The notes: generated by a model not told the origin, from the sequence alone. Shown: positions 49,367-60,948, numbered from the whole stretch's first letter. The stretch is DNA of 63,639 bases, filler included, from Licmophora abbreviata (GCA_900291995.1; 7 parts of 7 records of this genome joined end to end with filler, not necessarily neighbours in it); one strand, 5' to 3'. Translations and numbers: made by a program.

Positions 49367-50566
49367 CACGACAACAACGATTACGACTACGACGATCGAG
49401 AAAGCATCTACCAGCGGGTACAGATCACGCTGCTTTCAGAGTACCCGCTCTCTTTTCCGTCAAAAGATAAGTGGCTCAACTGGATTCAGAGGGAGGCTCA
49501 ATCGATTCTTCTAGAGGAGAAGCTCTCCTATTCGGTCTGTATATTTGTCGAGCACCGAGCGCTCGAGTACTTCGAATGTCTATTTCAAGACCACGAACAC
49601 GGCATCGGCTTGATTCTCTTTCAGGACGAGGGCCCTGCGTTTTACGATCGATCCACTATCGTGGCCACCCACGTCAAGGAGGTCCTTCCCCTCGCACGCC
49701 ACTCTCCTAGCGGAACGACACAGACGATCAGTGATAGTGCAGACCTATCGAAAACTGAGACGACGCACATTCTTCCGTTGCTGCTGCAATGGAAGGAATG
49801 GTTGCCGATCTTGTGTCCAGTATGTTTTGATTTCTCGCCGCCACAAGAAAGTGCAACAATTACGTGCGGTCACCACTTTTGTCGGGACTGCATCTCCACG
49901 TATCTTCGATTCAAAGCGGAAGATGAATTGAATGCCGAGAAGCGAACCAACCCGTTCGTCTGTCCACTGACCCATTGTAGGCATGGAATGAAGCTAATTG
50001 GATGTGTCAAGCAATTCTTGGATGATGGCTTGATGAATAAAGTGCGGAAATGGGCCCAAGACGTCAAGAATCCGCCGTGCTGGTCGTTGCCCGATTGTCT
50101 CAACCGCGATTGCCAAAGTGACGGATTGCGCCGAGAGGCCGTGGACAGCTACATTGTCTACTGCGATGACTGTAAGGGTCGTTGGTGCGAGCTGTGTCTC
50201 AGACGAGCCCCACAAGATCGAACACATGACGCGGAAGCTTGCAAAACTCAAGAAGAAGTCTGTATGCAATTTTGCGAGCGATACCTGACGGCGAGCGACA
50301 AGGCCAAGGAACGGTGCGAGAGCAAGTGGCCGTGGATAAGGATTTACGCCAAGTCACGGATTGACGACCATGCCACTGGAAAATGGATAAAGAATAATGG
50401 GCAAAGATGTCCCGGATGCAAGCTTGGAATTGAGCGCGTTGAAGGTTGCTTCCACATGAGCTGCCAGTGCGGTACTCATTTTTGTTACGAATGTGGGGAA
50501 GAAATATTCCCTCCATTTTACGGCACTCATCACTGTTGGGAGCGACGCGATTTCGGGATGCCTTGA
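49367..50566 (+). CDS. RBR (RING-IBR-RING) E3 ubiquitin ligase, 5' truncated
   Basis: Frame open from the gap; RING1 CPVCFD..CGHHFCRDC..CPLTHC, IBR CLNRDC..CDDC..WCELC..H, RING2 CPGCKLGIERVEGCFHMSCQCGTHFCYECG with catalytic Cys. Confidence 0.9.
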   Translation, partial: HDNNDYDYDDRESIYQRVQITLLSEYPLSFPSKDKWLNWIQREAQSILLEEKLSYSVCIFVEHRALEYFECLFQDHEHGIGLILFQDEGPAFYDRSTIVATHVKEVLPLARHSPSGTTQTISDSADLSKTETTHILPLLLQWKEWLPILCPVCFDFSPPQESATITCGHHFCRDCISTYLRFKAEDELNAEKRTNPFVCPLTHCRHGMKLIGCVKQFLDDGLMNKVRKWAQDVKNPPCWSLPDCLNRDCQSDGLRREAVDSYIVYCDDCKGRWCELCLRRAPQDRTHDAEACKTQEEVCMQFCERYLTASDKAKERCESKWPWIRIYAKSRIDDHATGKWIKNNGQRCPGCKLGIERVEGCFHMSCQCGTHFCYECGEEIFPPFYGTHHCWERRDFGMP

Positions 50567-50903
50567 CGTGAGCAGACATACTGTAGAAACTTGTAGAGTA
50601 TTGTAAAAAGAAATACGAGTAGAGTATGAATATGCAACGAGTTCAGTTGCCTGGATGAATCGAATCTATCTAGGAGATGTAGTAGGGAACTTCTATCATA
50701 AAAGTCGCTTTTTTGTATCATAGCGCCTGCAAATGACTCGACTCACTCGACTAATATAAATCGACTAGCTCGACTAGCTTTTGGCCGTGGATCAACTTGT
50801 TTTCGGCCCGACAATGACGAGAATTTGACTGCATCAACAAGTTCAAAGTTCAAAGTGGTGAAACCGGCAGTGCTGCCTTTTCCACATTGCATAAGGAATA
50901 ACG

Positions 50904-53364
50904 ATGAGCTCTAGTGGGAATGAAAAGGGCCGCGACGAAGTGCCGACAGAGGAAGGCGGCACACAGCTCGACACGGCTGCCAGCGATGCGCAGTCGCCCC
51001 CGCCACTGTCTCCGTCTCATAGTTCCAGAGCTGATGAATTTCAATTGCTTATGCCGAGGCAGGAAAATCGACCAACAGGACAGATCGGTACTGTACAGAC
51101 AAATGTTGACGATAAGGCGTTGGGTGCCACTGAGCTGACAGGAAATGAAGGAAGTAATACCACCGGGAGTAGTCTGATTTCCGCTGCGTCTTTGCCCAGA
51201 TCCCCTGATGTTGCGTCTCCTATCGCAATCTCGGCAGAGTCTCAGTCGGGAAACCCACAGTCGAGTCAAAAACAGCCGCGAACGAGTCGCTGGTGGAGCT
51301 GCTGCGAAATTGATCCTTCAGGGACCCAAGACGTCCGAAGACAACGACAATTGCTCTCCATTGAACGACGACCCCAGTGAAGAAGAGGAGCCTATTGTCA
51401 CCGCCGCGTCTACTGAATTGGACGAGATGCGAGAAAAAGCGAAACAGGAGTTCTCGCTGGGCACGACAGCAAACAAGCGCTACAAGCCACCTCTTGCTGA
51501 AAGCAGACCGGAAGCAAATGATACAGTCAGCGACGTGAGTGTCCCAAGCATCTTGAATCGCTCGGAAGTGTTTCACGACAATGCGACATCGGCTATTCTC
51601 GCTCTTCTCGCTCCGTCAGCCAAGCCCGCTCACAACACGTCGAGCCCTCAGCAAGGTGATCTGATGCGATTCGAGGCTAGTTCCGAGGCTCTTGATCCAT
51701 CTCTTGATAATACGTCCGTAACTCCATCCAAACCGCTCCTTCCAGCTACCGCAGAGAAAGTGCTGGAGCGTATGAAGACGGAAATGATTGATCCCAGCAA
51801 CACGCTTGCCGAGCTCCTAGGGGCGATCGCTTCTCCGAAACAAGGACAGCAGATGGATCGGGGATACATGGTCCGGAGGAAGAACGCATGCGGTGCGGTG
51901 AAAGTCCTTACGGCCAATGCTGCGAATCGCACAACCATCTGTTGGACCGTCGGTGTGCTTCCCGCGTTGACTGCCGTCCTTCGCGACACAGGGGACAAGG
52001 GTGCAGCCGCCGCATTTCCCGACGAGCACACTCTCCGTGAGTATTTGGAAGCTCGAAGTCGCGCAGTGGCATCGCTTGCGAATCTGTGTATCCCCAAAGG
52101 GAACCGTATCCCCATCTTCCACTGCCAGGGATTGGTCAAAGCGCTAAAGGATATAATCTTGGATGACACGGGACTGACTCGACAGGACTGCTGCACCTGT
52201 TTGGCATACCTGGCCAAAACTCCAGAAAACCGCTTGCTGCTTGTCCAGGTTCCGGGCGTCATTGACTCACTCGACACTCTTATCAACCCAAAACGTTCTG
52301 CACATTCTAAGTCTCCAAAAGCTGACAAAGGGTTCATCTGGGAATCTGTCTCGGAGGAGACAGCTATCATAGCCAATGAACGCAACGATTCGCTCAAGAC
52401 CACAGACGCTGGAGAATTCATGAACAATTTCTCAGAAGACATGCTTAGCCCGACAGGGTCGAGTGCCAATGATGACGATTCTGACCGCACCCCGCAGATG
52501 ACCACGGCCTCGTCCAGCTTTTCGTCGAAATTGGCCGCCATCTACGACCGCGACCCCAACAAGCATATCCACGCTTCCCGCCAGTACGTGTTTGCGACGC
52601 TCTTACACTTGTTAAAAGAAAAGGACAATGCGGTAAGTCGTAATTTGGAGGGTTTGATAAGCGAAGCAGTCTTTTCATTCTGTGTTTCTTATTCACTGAA
52701 TCGTTACCGTTGGCATTATTTCTATTTCTATACATAGTACGTTCTTGCTCGTAATGGTCAGCTGATGGAGACTCTGGTTCATCTCTCCAATCTACACGAC
52801 ACTCCGTCGCACGTTCACGCTCTTCGGATCATTGCTACCATGACTCGCCATCGCGATAATTTAAACCTGATCGCCTTCAAATTCAAGACTGTGTTCCCGG
52901 CACTTGTCCATGCAACATACTCTGAAGACTTGGAAGCGCGTAAACACGCTTGTTTTGCCCTCCAGAATCTATCACAAGACAAGTCCTGTCGTCAACAGGC
53001 AGCAAACACGAAGGACTTATTGAGTGCTCTGGTTGCCCGCGTTCGACATGCCATCGACCAGTCGGAACGGCTCGCCGCACTCGGCGCTCTCAAAAACCTA
53101 ACAGACGAGCCTGCGAATCTTGTCCCCTTGACCAACACGCCTGAATGTCTTGCGACTCTTATGCAGGTGGCGCATTGCACGGACGAGAACACCACCGAGA
53201 TGATGCAGTACGTCGCGTGCGACGCTCTTGCGACGTTGAGTCACTGGCTACGAAAAGTTTCCACTAGCGGGTATATGGTTGATGCCAAGAAGCAAGGTCT
53301 TGCCACACCGTCCGGAATGATTGAACCCTCGTTCAAGGTCGTCGCATGGTCCCAATTCACGTAG
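50904..53364 (+). CDS. Armadillo-repeat protein, paralog 1 (intron 52633-52737; unexplained frame change near 51300-51330)
   Basis: ARM-type motifs RRKNACGAVKVL, ARSRAVASLANL, HACFALQNLS, ALGALKNLT; colinear similarity to 54473-57437. The 5' end is uncertain. Confidence 0.7.
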
Positions 53365-53434
53365 ACAATGCAACAGATGCTATATGTAATGCTTCTAATA
53401 AGGTACACTTTGTGTTGTCACTCTGCCACGTTGC

Positions 53435-54266
53435 CTACGAATGCGAGGCAGGCGGTATGGCAGTGCCGCCTGAAAATCTGGCACGATAAAGCGTCTCCCT
53501 CTGCTCTTCGCGAACGGCTGTGAAGGCGCCCCACGCTTTTATTGTCGTCGCGAGGTAGATCAAGCCGGTGAAAAGTGACTGTGCACTGACGATAAGTCGG
53601 CCGACGCCTTTGGTATAGTCGGAAGTACAAGTGTAGCGTCTCCCAGTGAGCCAACCGCCGGTACATGTTTCGAAATGCGCAAAAGTGGCAAATATGGGAG
53701 CCCACAAGAAAATATCGACCAGTGCCGAGCTACCAGTCATGAAGGCAAGCAGAATGTAGTTGGCAGGGATCCGTTCATTGGTTGCCATTCTCGCTACGAC
53801 CATTATACAGAGCTCCCATAAGATTCGAGGCAGTCTCATCTGAAGAAAATAGAGGGGTGAGAGTTGAGTTAGATGCATTGCAAGGACAGATTGAACGGCG
53901 CCAATGGCATGCGTTCCTGACCTGCATCTTGATGGCTGGATCAGGGCGAAGAGTGTTGAAGAACACATTCAGTATTGAGACGAATACGACTGTGTCGAAA
54001 GATGTTCCCATCCGGGCGTCTCCGTAGGCGTTTCGGACGTGAAAATGAGCCTCTTGTTCCACGAGGCCATGCGAATGTACAAACTGATCGTGACGATGCG
54101 AAGTCGCCGTAGGGGGAGATCGAGCGATTGGTTGGACTGCATCAACCAGAATGAAGCGAGCAGGTTCCAGTGGCGGAATTGCCAGTAGCAACAGCAAGCA
54201 GAGCGCCCCTTTTCTGCGAGTTAAGCCAAGCCTGTTAGTCATTGCCGTCGTCGCTTGACAAGTCAT
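53435..54266 (-). CDS. Hypothetical multi-pass membrane protein, 2 exons (54266-53922, 53839-53435; 249 aa)
   Basis: Signal-like hydrophobic N-terminus, His-rich loop, about 4 hydrophobic helices; GT-AG intron restores the frame. Confidence 0.6.
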
Positions 54267-54472
54267 CTATCTTGTCGCTCAATCATCATCGTCCGTGACG
54301 AGAATTTTGCCACTTGGCATGCCAGTCATGAGTGATGACATCTCGAGTCACGGGCTATAGAGTTGCGTGTGCTACATTGCAAAACGTAATCTGTAATCTC
54401 ATCATCGGAGCGTCGAAGCTTTAGGCTATATTATCACGGACACAACGAACGTACGAGTGCAGGATGGTTATC

Positions 54473-57437
54473 TTAGTCCCAACATTCCCAGCCTGTGTTT
54501 TCGTGCGAGGGCAACAACACTTTCTCTACCGACTCAGGAACTTTGCCAGCTCCAGCAAGTGTCTGTAGCCAGAGAGCGATCATAGCCAGAGCATCGCACG
54601 CCAATTGGCGGATCTCGGCACGTACTGTTGTATTGTGGGCGAGATGAACCAAAGTAGCCACTACATTGCGTGTGTTTGTAACCGGTACAACCGCTTCTGC
54701 CTCGGTTGACAGGTTGTAGAGTGCCGCTACGGCGGGACACTGTTCTTCGTGGTCTTTTCGCATGGCGCATACGCTCAGGAGCGTTAGAATCTTGGCAGTG
54801 GCCAGGGATGCCTTGCTGGATGCGTCGGATGTCATGTTTTGAAAAGCTCGAAGCGCATAAATCCGATCGTCGAGCACCTTGGACTTGCCGGCCCTCAGTA
54901 ACGTGCTTGTCAGAGCTGCATTTGCTGCTAGCACGGGAGCGTTGTCGGGGAATCGAGTCAAGTTGCAGATGATCTCAAGACACCTAGTATGCAGTGGATT
55001 CTGAAGCTCATTTGAAACGACGATCATGCTGTCCATAAATTCAACGACATCGCTAAGCATGGCCTGAATATAGCACAGTAAACGCAACAATGGTGCCGTG
55101 AGTTTTCCTCTTCCACATTTGACTATACATACAGGCGCATTGTCAACGTACCACCGGGGGACAGTGCTTGGAGAGATGTAGAAACACCGCGCAAGCATTG
55201 TTTCTCGACTGCTCCAAATTCTCTTCATACTTGACTCCACGCTGTTTACGGATAGACCTATGTGTGTTCCCAATAGCAATCTCACTTCTCGGGGACATGG
55301 CCGACGAAGAAAAGCCCGAAAATAGAGTCGACGAGTCGCCCTCGTCCGATGGAGCAGTTGAGCAATCTGAAAAAGACGAGCTAAGTCCACTAGAAGAGCC
55401 TTCGTCGTCGTCGTCACCCCGATCATCAAATTCACCTTCGTCCGACAGAATGCCTTCTTTCTCCTCGTCGTCCAATGGCAATACTGGCCGCGATATGTCA
55501 ATCGTGCCTTTGATAATTGTCGAAAGGATCTCCACTAGGCCTTCTACTTGCGCAATCATTTCCCTGTTGCCGGGCGACTTGGCCAGCATTGCTATTGTCC
55601 CACAGGCGTGTGCACGCGCCTCGCCCTGGTCATCGCCAATCACGTTCACCAAACTTTCGAGAAGATTGGGATGAGCGCACACAGCAGCGCGATTTTCTTT
55701 CGGCTCGGACACGTTGAGAAGCACTGCTACAGCTCTGCTTCTTGCATCTAACGCTGTGTCCTTATCAGCTCTCGGGGCGTTCTTTTGGGAGATGACATAC
55801 ACGATCACATCCAGGAAGCCCTGTGCTTGCACAAGAGTCAGCTTATTCTTCTTCTGAGTCGACAGAACTTTTAAAGCCCCACAAGCGTTGCTTCGACGTG
55901 TCCAAGACTCGCCACGTGCCGCCTCCAGCAACTCCTTGAGCTCCGGCTTCGGCTGGCGGAAGCGGACAAATGGTTCCGGCTTTTCCAATTCATGACCTGC
56001 AATGATTTCCTCTGTCGGGCGATGGGTTGGCATTGGCCCATACCGAGGCAAAGGGAAACGAAACTCAATGGCATTTGATTTGTTATCCGCCACTCGTGTG
56101 ACCTCCTGCGACATGACGCGCTGTTTGATCGTGTTCGAGTTCGAGATATGAGAATCCACAAACACCTGTTCGAACCCCATGTGCGACTCAGCTGTCCTCT
56201 TGACCCTGGGAGGCAGGGGAAGCGGAGGAGGGGCAAGAGGCGGCGGCAGTGGAAGAGCCATAGTAGCCATTGTTGAACCATCGCTGTCAGTCGCGGTCGC
56301 ATCATTGTGTGATACATTCTCCTCAAGAGCGGTTCGCTCCAACGCATTGAGGGGAGCGTCGACCACGGAACTACTCCCGTTCGAGACTAGAGGTTCGTCG
56401 CCCCACTCCTCTGATAGCGTCATTGCCCCCATTTTGCTCCTCAACGATGAAAGACTTATCCTCGATATGTGAGGCGGCTCGTCTTGAACGAAGCGGTCGG
56501 GACTTGCGTGCGTGGACCTTTCAGAAATGTACGACGGTTTTTCCTCTGGAACGAAGCTGTCGGGAGTTGTGTGATTGGACCTTTCAGAAACGTACGGGGG
56601 TTCGTCATCGGGAACGATGCTATCGGGACTTGCGTGCGTAGGTCTTTCCGAAACGTACCCCAGTTCCTCCTCTGGAACGATGCTATCGGGACTTGCAGGC
56701 TTGGACCTTTGAGATTCATCCTCTGGAACGAAGCGGTCGGGACTTGCATGCTTGGACCTTTCCAATACGACAGGATCGTCATCATACAAGTCATCGTTGT
56801 CCTTGTGTTGTTCGACTGACGGCGGCAAGTCGGTGATTTTCTGGAGATCTTCGTCTTCCGCCAAGTGTTCCTCCAGAATGTCTACCAGTTCCGTGGGAGA
56901 GATGAGTGGATCTTCGGCGCCGCTAGCATCGACAGACTTGAGTGCACCGGCAAGACGCCGATGGGCTTCGTTCGCCGCCTTGCGAGCATTGGCGATTTCT
57001 TCTTCGACTTTGCGCAGAATGTCATCGGAGGAGTTGACACTGACATTGGACTCCGTCATGGAGCCCTGCTGAAGATATCGAGTCGGACTAACAACACTGT
57101 ATGCTTCTGCGTCACTTTCGGGAGAGAGCAATGCATCCATATGCGCTCTCGTCGGCGTTGGTGCATAATTCGGAGACCGCGGAAGCTCTCTAGTGGACAA
57201 GACGCGGTCAGCCGTGCTAGGCGCTTTGGCATATGGAGAAGATGGCGCGTTGGAAGAAGACAGACTCTCCGCGTTCCGATAGCCTGCACCGATCGTAGCC
57301 TGACGAGCTCTCATCAAGGCATTCTCAACGAGCTGTGAAACCTGATCTTCCGTCATGTCGTCGATATCAAGCTCGCGGGAGCTGTTCATATCATTCGATC
57401 GGCTCGGCGAAGCAGCGCTAGCCTGAGTCGCCATCAT
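54473..57437 (-). CDS. Armadillo-repeat protein, paralog 2, with long disordered N-terminus, 2 exons (57437-55152, 55063-54473; 958 aa)
   Basis: RRSNACGALKVL, ARSRAVAVLLNVS, HACGTIAMLAKS, ALRAFQNMT, AALYNLS; intron 55151-55064. Confidence 0.8.
56470..56765 (-). repeat. Coding tandem repeat, 5 imperfect units of 51-63 nt (ERSxHASPD[S/R][F/I]VP..)
   Basis: Core GAACGAWGCKRTCGGGASTTG recurs at spacings of about 60, 63, 63 and 51 nt, all multiples of 3. Confidence 0.85.
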
Positions 57438-57649
57438 TTAAGTTGCTGCTATGCTGCGGACGTTTTGGCGTGTGGCAATGCGAGTCCTTGCTCGTCGTCC
57501 GCGGGTCGGGCCAACACTCTCGTCCTGTCACACTGTCGTCACGCATCTTCATCTCCAAACAGATCTCATCCCATGTTTGAATGTGCTCTGACGACGAGTG
57601 GCATGGCGCGCTTTGTGTTTTGGATTGCTTCCTCCACAGACATGAAGAG

Positions 57650-57749
57650 NNNNNNNNNNNNNNNNNNNNNNNNNNNNNNNNNNNNNNNNNNNNTTAATTA
57701 ATTAANNNNNNNNNNNNNNNNNNNNNNNNNNNNNNNNNNNNNNNNNNNN
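57650..57749. other. Artificial assembly linker
   Basis: 44 N + TTAATTAATTAA + 44 N. Confidence 0.98.
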
Positions 57750-58377
57750 ATGCTTCAATGTTGCAGGATGACGGTCGCGCCGGATTTTGTGAAGCGTCGC
57801 GACGATGCATGAACACAGCGAGTGCGGCGTCAGCAGAACTCGTCCAAACGGAGACTTTTGAGGACATTCCACCCAAATTTTTGTTCCTCCCCGACTCCGA
57901 TGAGATATCTTGAGACACTATGCGAGTTGTCGGTGGGATAAACTCAGAGTGACGCCAACATGGCCGTCATGGCGAGGAGACCTTTCATCGGCTTTTGTGT
58001 TTGCGCCGCGCCGCTTTTTGGGCTTCGGTCACTTTCTACGTGACTTTGTACCAATCTCTACGCAATTCCTATAAATCTACAAGCAAAAACCAGGTTCTGG
58101 ATTTGAGCTGAAAATTACCTCGTATCCCTGTCATTGGTCAGCCATTTGAGTCGAACGCCTCGATTCAATATCCCTCTTTTCTCTTTTCCGTCATCTGGAT
58201 TGACTGAATTTCAGCCGTCCACGTGGAACTTCTGATCTGTTGAGATGGATGACGCGAATTGAAATCTTGCGATCTTTCGATCTTTCACGACGATGTCAAA
58301 GTCCGGTCCTATTACTATCAATTGCCGTGTCTCTTGTTGATCGGCTACATTACGTATTCATTATCGATCCACTAGAT

Positions 58378-59300
58378 ATGCGAGTAACCTGCACTATGGC
58401 GTCTGTCTTGGCTCTTGTCTCGGCACCGCGTGTCACCAGAGCGTTCTCCGTCACTCGCAATGCGCTTGCCGGGGCTTCGCGGGTAAGTCGACGCATCACT
58501 GATGCCAGGGGTACATGTGTTCTGTGGAAGCAAATCGCACGCCTACTTCGTTGACCAGATACTTATCTCCCCATTCTCCTCCCTCAATGTTATCTCTGTG
58601 CATACAACAGACCAACTCCATCGCTACTTCTTCTACGGCGCGTTTCATGTCCTCATCAGATGCTGCTGGCCCCATGCCCCACGGCGACGACAAGATGCCA
58701 TTCTACGCACTCGGAGTGAACCTTGCCATGCAGGTCGGCGGACAAAACAATCTCAAGACTCTCTTGGAAGACGACGAAGTCGAACTCATGTTGGAAGGAT
58801 TCAACGACAGCGTGCGTGGCACTGGAGCGCTGGATGCACGAACGGTGTTGGGAACCTACGGGCAGGCACTCAATGCCGTTCTGGAGGAGCGATCGTCCAA
58901 ACTTGGCGACCGTATCAAGCAGGAAGGACAAGATTTCATTGCAAACTTTATGGATTGCAACGAGGAGGCCGTCAAGACGGACAGTGGTATGGTGTACTGC
59001 GCAATGACAGAGGGAACTGGGAAGCAGCCGGAGCTCAGCAATACGGTCGAGGTCCACTACCATGGAACCTTGGTGGATGGCACCGTCTTTGACTCATCCG
59101 TGGAACGTGGTCAGACCATTTCCTTCCCACTTGGGGGCGTCATCAAAGGATGGCAGGAAGGGCTTGCCATGATGAAGGAGGGAGGAAAGGCCACACTCGT
59201 CATTCCGAGTGACTTGGCATACGGTGACGCAGGAAGTGGGGAGGTCATCCCTCCTGGCGCCACGTTGAAGTTCGAAGTGGAACTCTTCAAGGTGTCCTAA
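58378..59300 (+). CDS. FKBP-type PPIase with FKBP_N dimerisation domain (FkpA/Mip-like), organelle presequence, 2 exons (58378-58482, 58611-59300)
   Basis: FYALGVNLA, TDSGMVY, VEVHYHGTLVDGTVFDSS, VIKGWQEGL, IPSDLAYG, IPPGATLKFEVEL; presequence with TRAF. Confidence 0.9.
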
Positions 59301-59520
59301 TCGCTAGGTGGGCCCTTCCTCTGAATAAGAATGGGTTAATTTGAGGACGGAAATGTACGTGTCACTGAAATAGATAGTTTGGCCTGTGGACTCTACCAAC
59401 GAATGGTCTTTTGCATGCAGCAAGTCCTTGACAAACCTAGGAGGCACGATGCGGAAGAGAGGTGGACGCAGTTGCGCTGTCATTTTTATAATAGTTAGTC
59501 TCCTACTTATGGAATCATTT

Positions 59521-60063
59521 CTATCCTTCTGTTTCGCCGTGATCAATCAGTCCCAGATAGTTGTCCTTGATTCCTCCAATAGCCGTAATATTTCCCTGTT
59601 CGACGGTTCTTCCCTTGATTTTGAGTCTAACTCCACTCCCTGCTGAAATTACAACCTCCTTGTCGTCACTAACCCACGCGTCCTTGTCACCGTCGTATCC
59701 ATTGAGCATGTCTTCCGGCATGTTGTGTTTGGACACAAAGATTCGAAGAGGCCCAACGAATGCAAAGAAGCCCAGCTCATTACACTGTGATACCGTCGCA
59801 TCTAGTACTTCATTCATAAAAGGCCGCAGCAACAAGGCCGTATACTTGACATAGAATACCACATTGCCCGTGTCGTATTCGATAATCCCCGATCGGATCT
59901 GATCTTCCGGTACGTCAATGACAGTCACAACGTATCCGTAGTTGGCAAGAGCGAGCCCCTCTACTTCTTCTTTAAGCAAACGTAGAATTGTGGCCTTGAG
60001 CTTTTGTCCAAAGTGCATGGGCTCCAGAACAATCTCGTGTTCTAGTGTCTTGACGTAAAACAT
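59521..60063 (-). CDS. RPB7: RNA polymerase II subunit RPB7
   Basis: MFYVKTLEHEIVLEPMHFG, YGYV, RPFMNEVLDATV, GFFAFVGPLRIFVSKH, VRLKI, IKDNYLG. Confidence 0.93.
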   Translation of the reverse strand: MFYVKTLEHEIVLEPMHFGQKLKATILRLLKEEVEGLALANYGYVVTVIDVPEDQIRSGIIEYDTGNVVFYVKYTALLLRPFMNEVLDATVSQCNELGFFAFVGPLRIFVSKHNMPEDMLNGYDGDKDAWVSDDKEVVISAGSGVRLKIKGRTVEQGNITAIGGIKDNYLGLIDHGETEG

Positions 60064-60392
60064 ATTAGACAAGCGGACGTTTGTGTACTGAGACTATGGC
60101 AATACTATGCTCGAGTTTTCAGTTCAGCCCTTTCTTACGCATCGGCAATCCAATCGGCAGTGAAATGAAATCTGACAGGGAACAAAGTTCTTTCTTTACG
60201 GTTCAAAATCGACGAGGGGCGGTGATTACAGCTGCTCAAACGTTTTCTGTGCCGTCCTCACTGGCGCCGTCATCATGGTCGGCTATGCGAGTGTGTGATG
60301 TCGACTGCGGGTGCGTTATTTTGTTATTTTGGCTGTAGACGCGGTCGTCGGAGGGACGATTCGCTCGCATTCCAAAAATAGCCAAGAGAACC

Positions 60393-60758
60393 ATGACGAC
60401 GACGAACCGAGATGACGGAGGCAATATCCAGCTCATGGAGGCTCGGCTGATGGAGCTGTACTCGTCTCTTCGAGCACTGTCCAAGTCCAATGTAGACCTA
60501 GAAGAAGCGCTCATCGAATCGCCTGGAGACGTCGACTTTGTCTTGGCGGTAAAGGAGAACCTGTCGACCATCCGAAAACGACTCGATCTGGCCGCCGACA
60601 TTGTCAGGGAGATGCAATGTAGAGGGTTAAGTGTCGATCTACCGGAGGACATACAGTGTATGGGTCTAACCCCGAAGGAAGAAAGGGAGAAAATGAACAG
60701 ACTCGGTTGGTCAGAGAGTGAGGCCGTGACTAACAGCGAAGAGGGTATCTACCTATGA
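60393..60758 (+). CDS. Small helical protein, Tma17/Adc17-like
   Basis: SLRALSKSN..L, AVKEN..I and E.QCRG resemble yeast Tma17 SINHLQRSN..L, SVREN..L and E.VYR; ends EGIYL. Confidence 0.5.
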   Translation: MTTTNRDDGGNIQLMEARLMELYSSLRALSKSNVDLEEALIESPGDVDFVLAVKENLSTIRKRLDLAADIVREMQCRGLSVDLPEDIQCMGLTPKEEREKMNRLGWSESEAVTNSEEGIYL

Positions 60759-60848
60759 CCTATCGCAGACTCTCTCGTATGTCGTAAAGTCTACTTTAGG
60801 TTCGGGGTTTTCCTTATATAGTCATAACTACTCGACAATTATGTGCCA

Positions 60849-60948
60849 NNNNNNNNNNNNNNNNNNNNNNNNNNNNNNNNNNNNNNNNNNNNTTAATTAA
60901 TTAANNNNNNNNNNNNNNNNNNNNNNNNNNNNNNNNNNNNNNNNNNNN
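60849..60948. other. Artificial assembly linker at the eukaryote/bacterium boundary
   Basis: 44 N + TTAATTAATTAA + 44 N; base composition and gene style change across it. Confidence 0.98.

Noticed and set aside
50730..50780. Cluster of short TCGACT(AG) repeats upstream of ARM paralog 1
   Set aside because: Too short and seen only once; cannot be distinguished from simple slippage.
56470..56765. Repeat-spacer pattern as a CRISPR array
   Set aside because: Units are in-frame coding, the would-be spacers resemble each other, there are no cas genes, and the context is eukaryotic.
11982..60948. Six copies of TTAATTAATTAA as a biological repeat
   Set aside because: Always centred in 44+44 N and gives stops in six frames; this is a synthetic contig separator.
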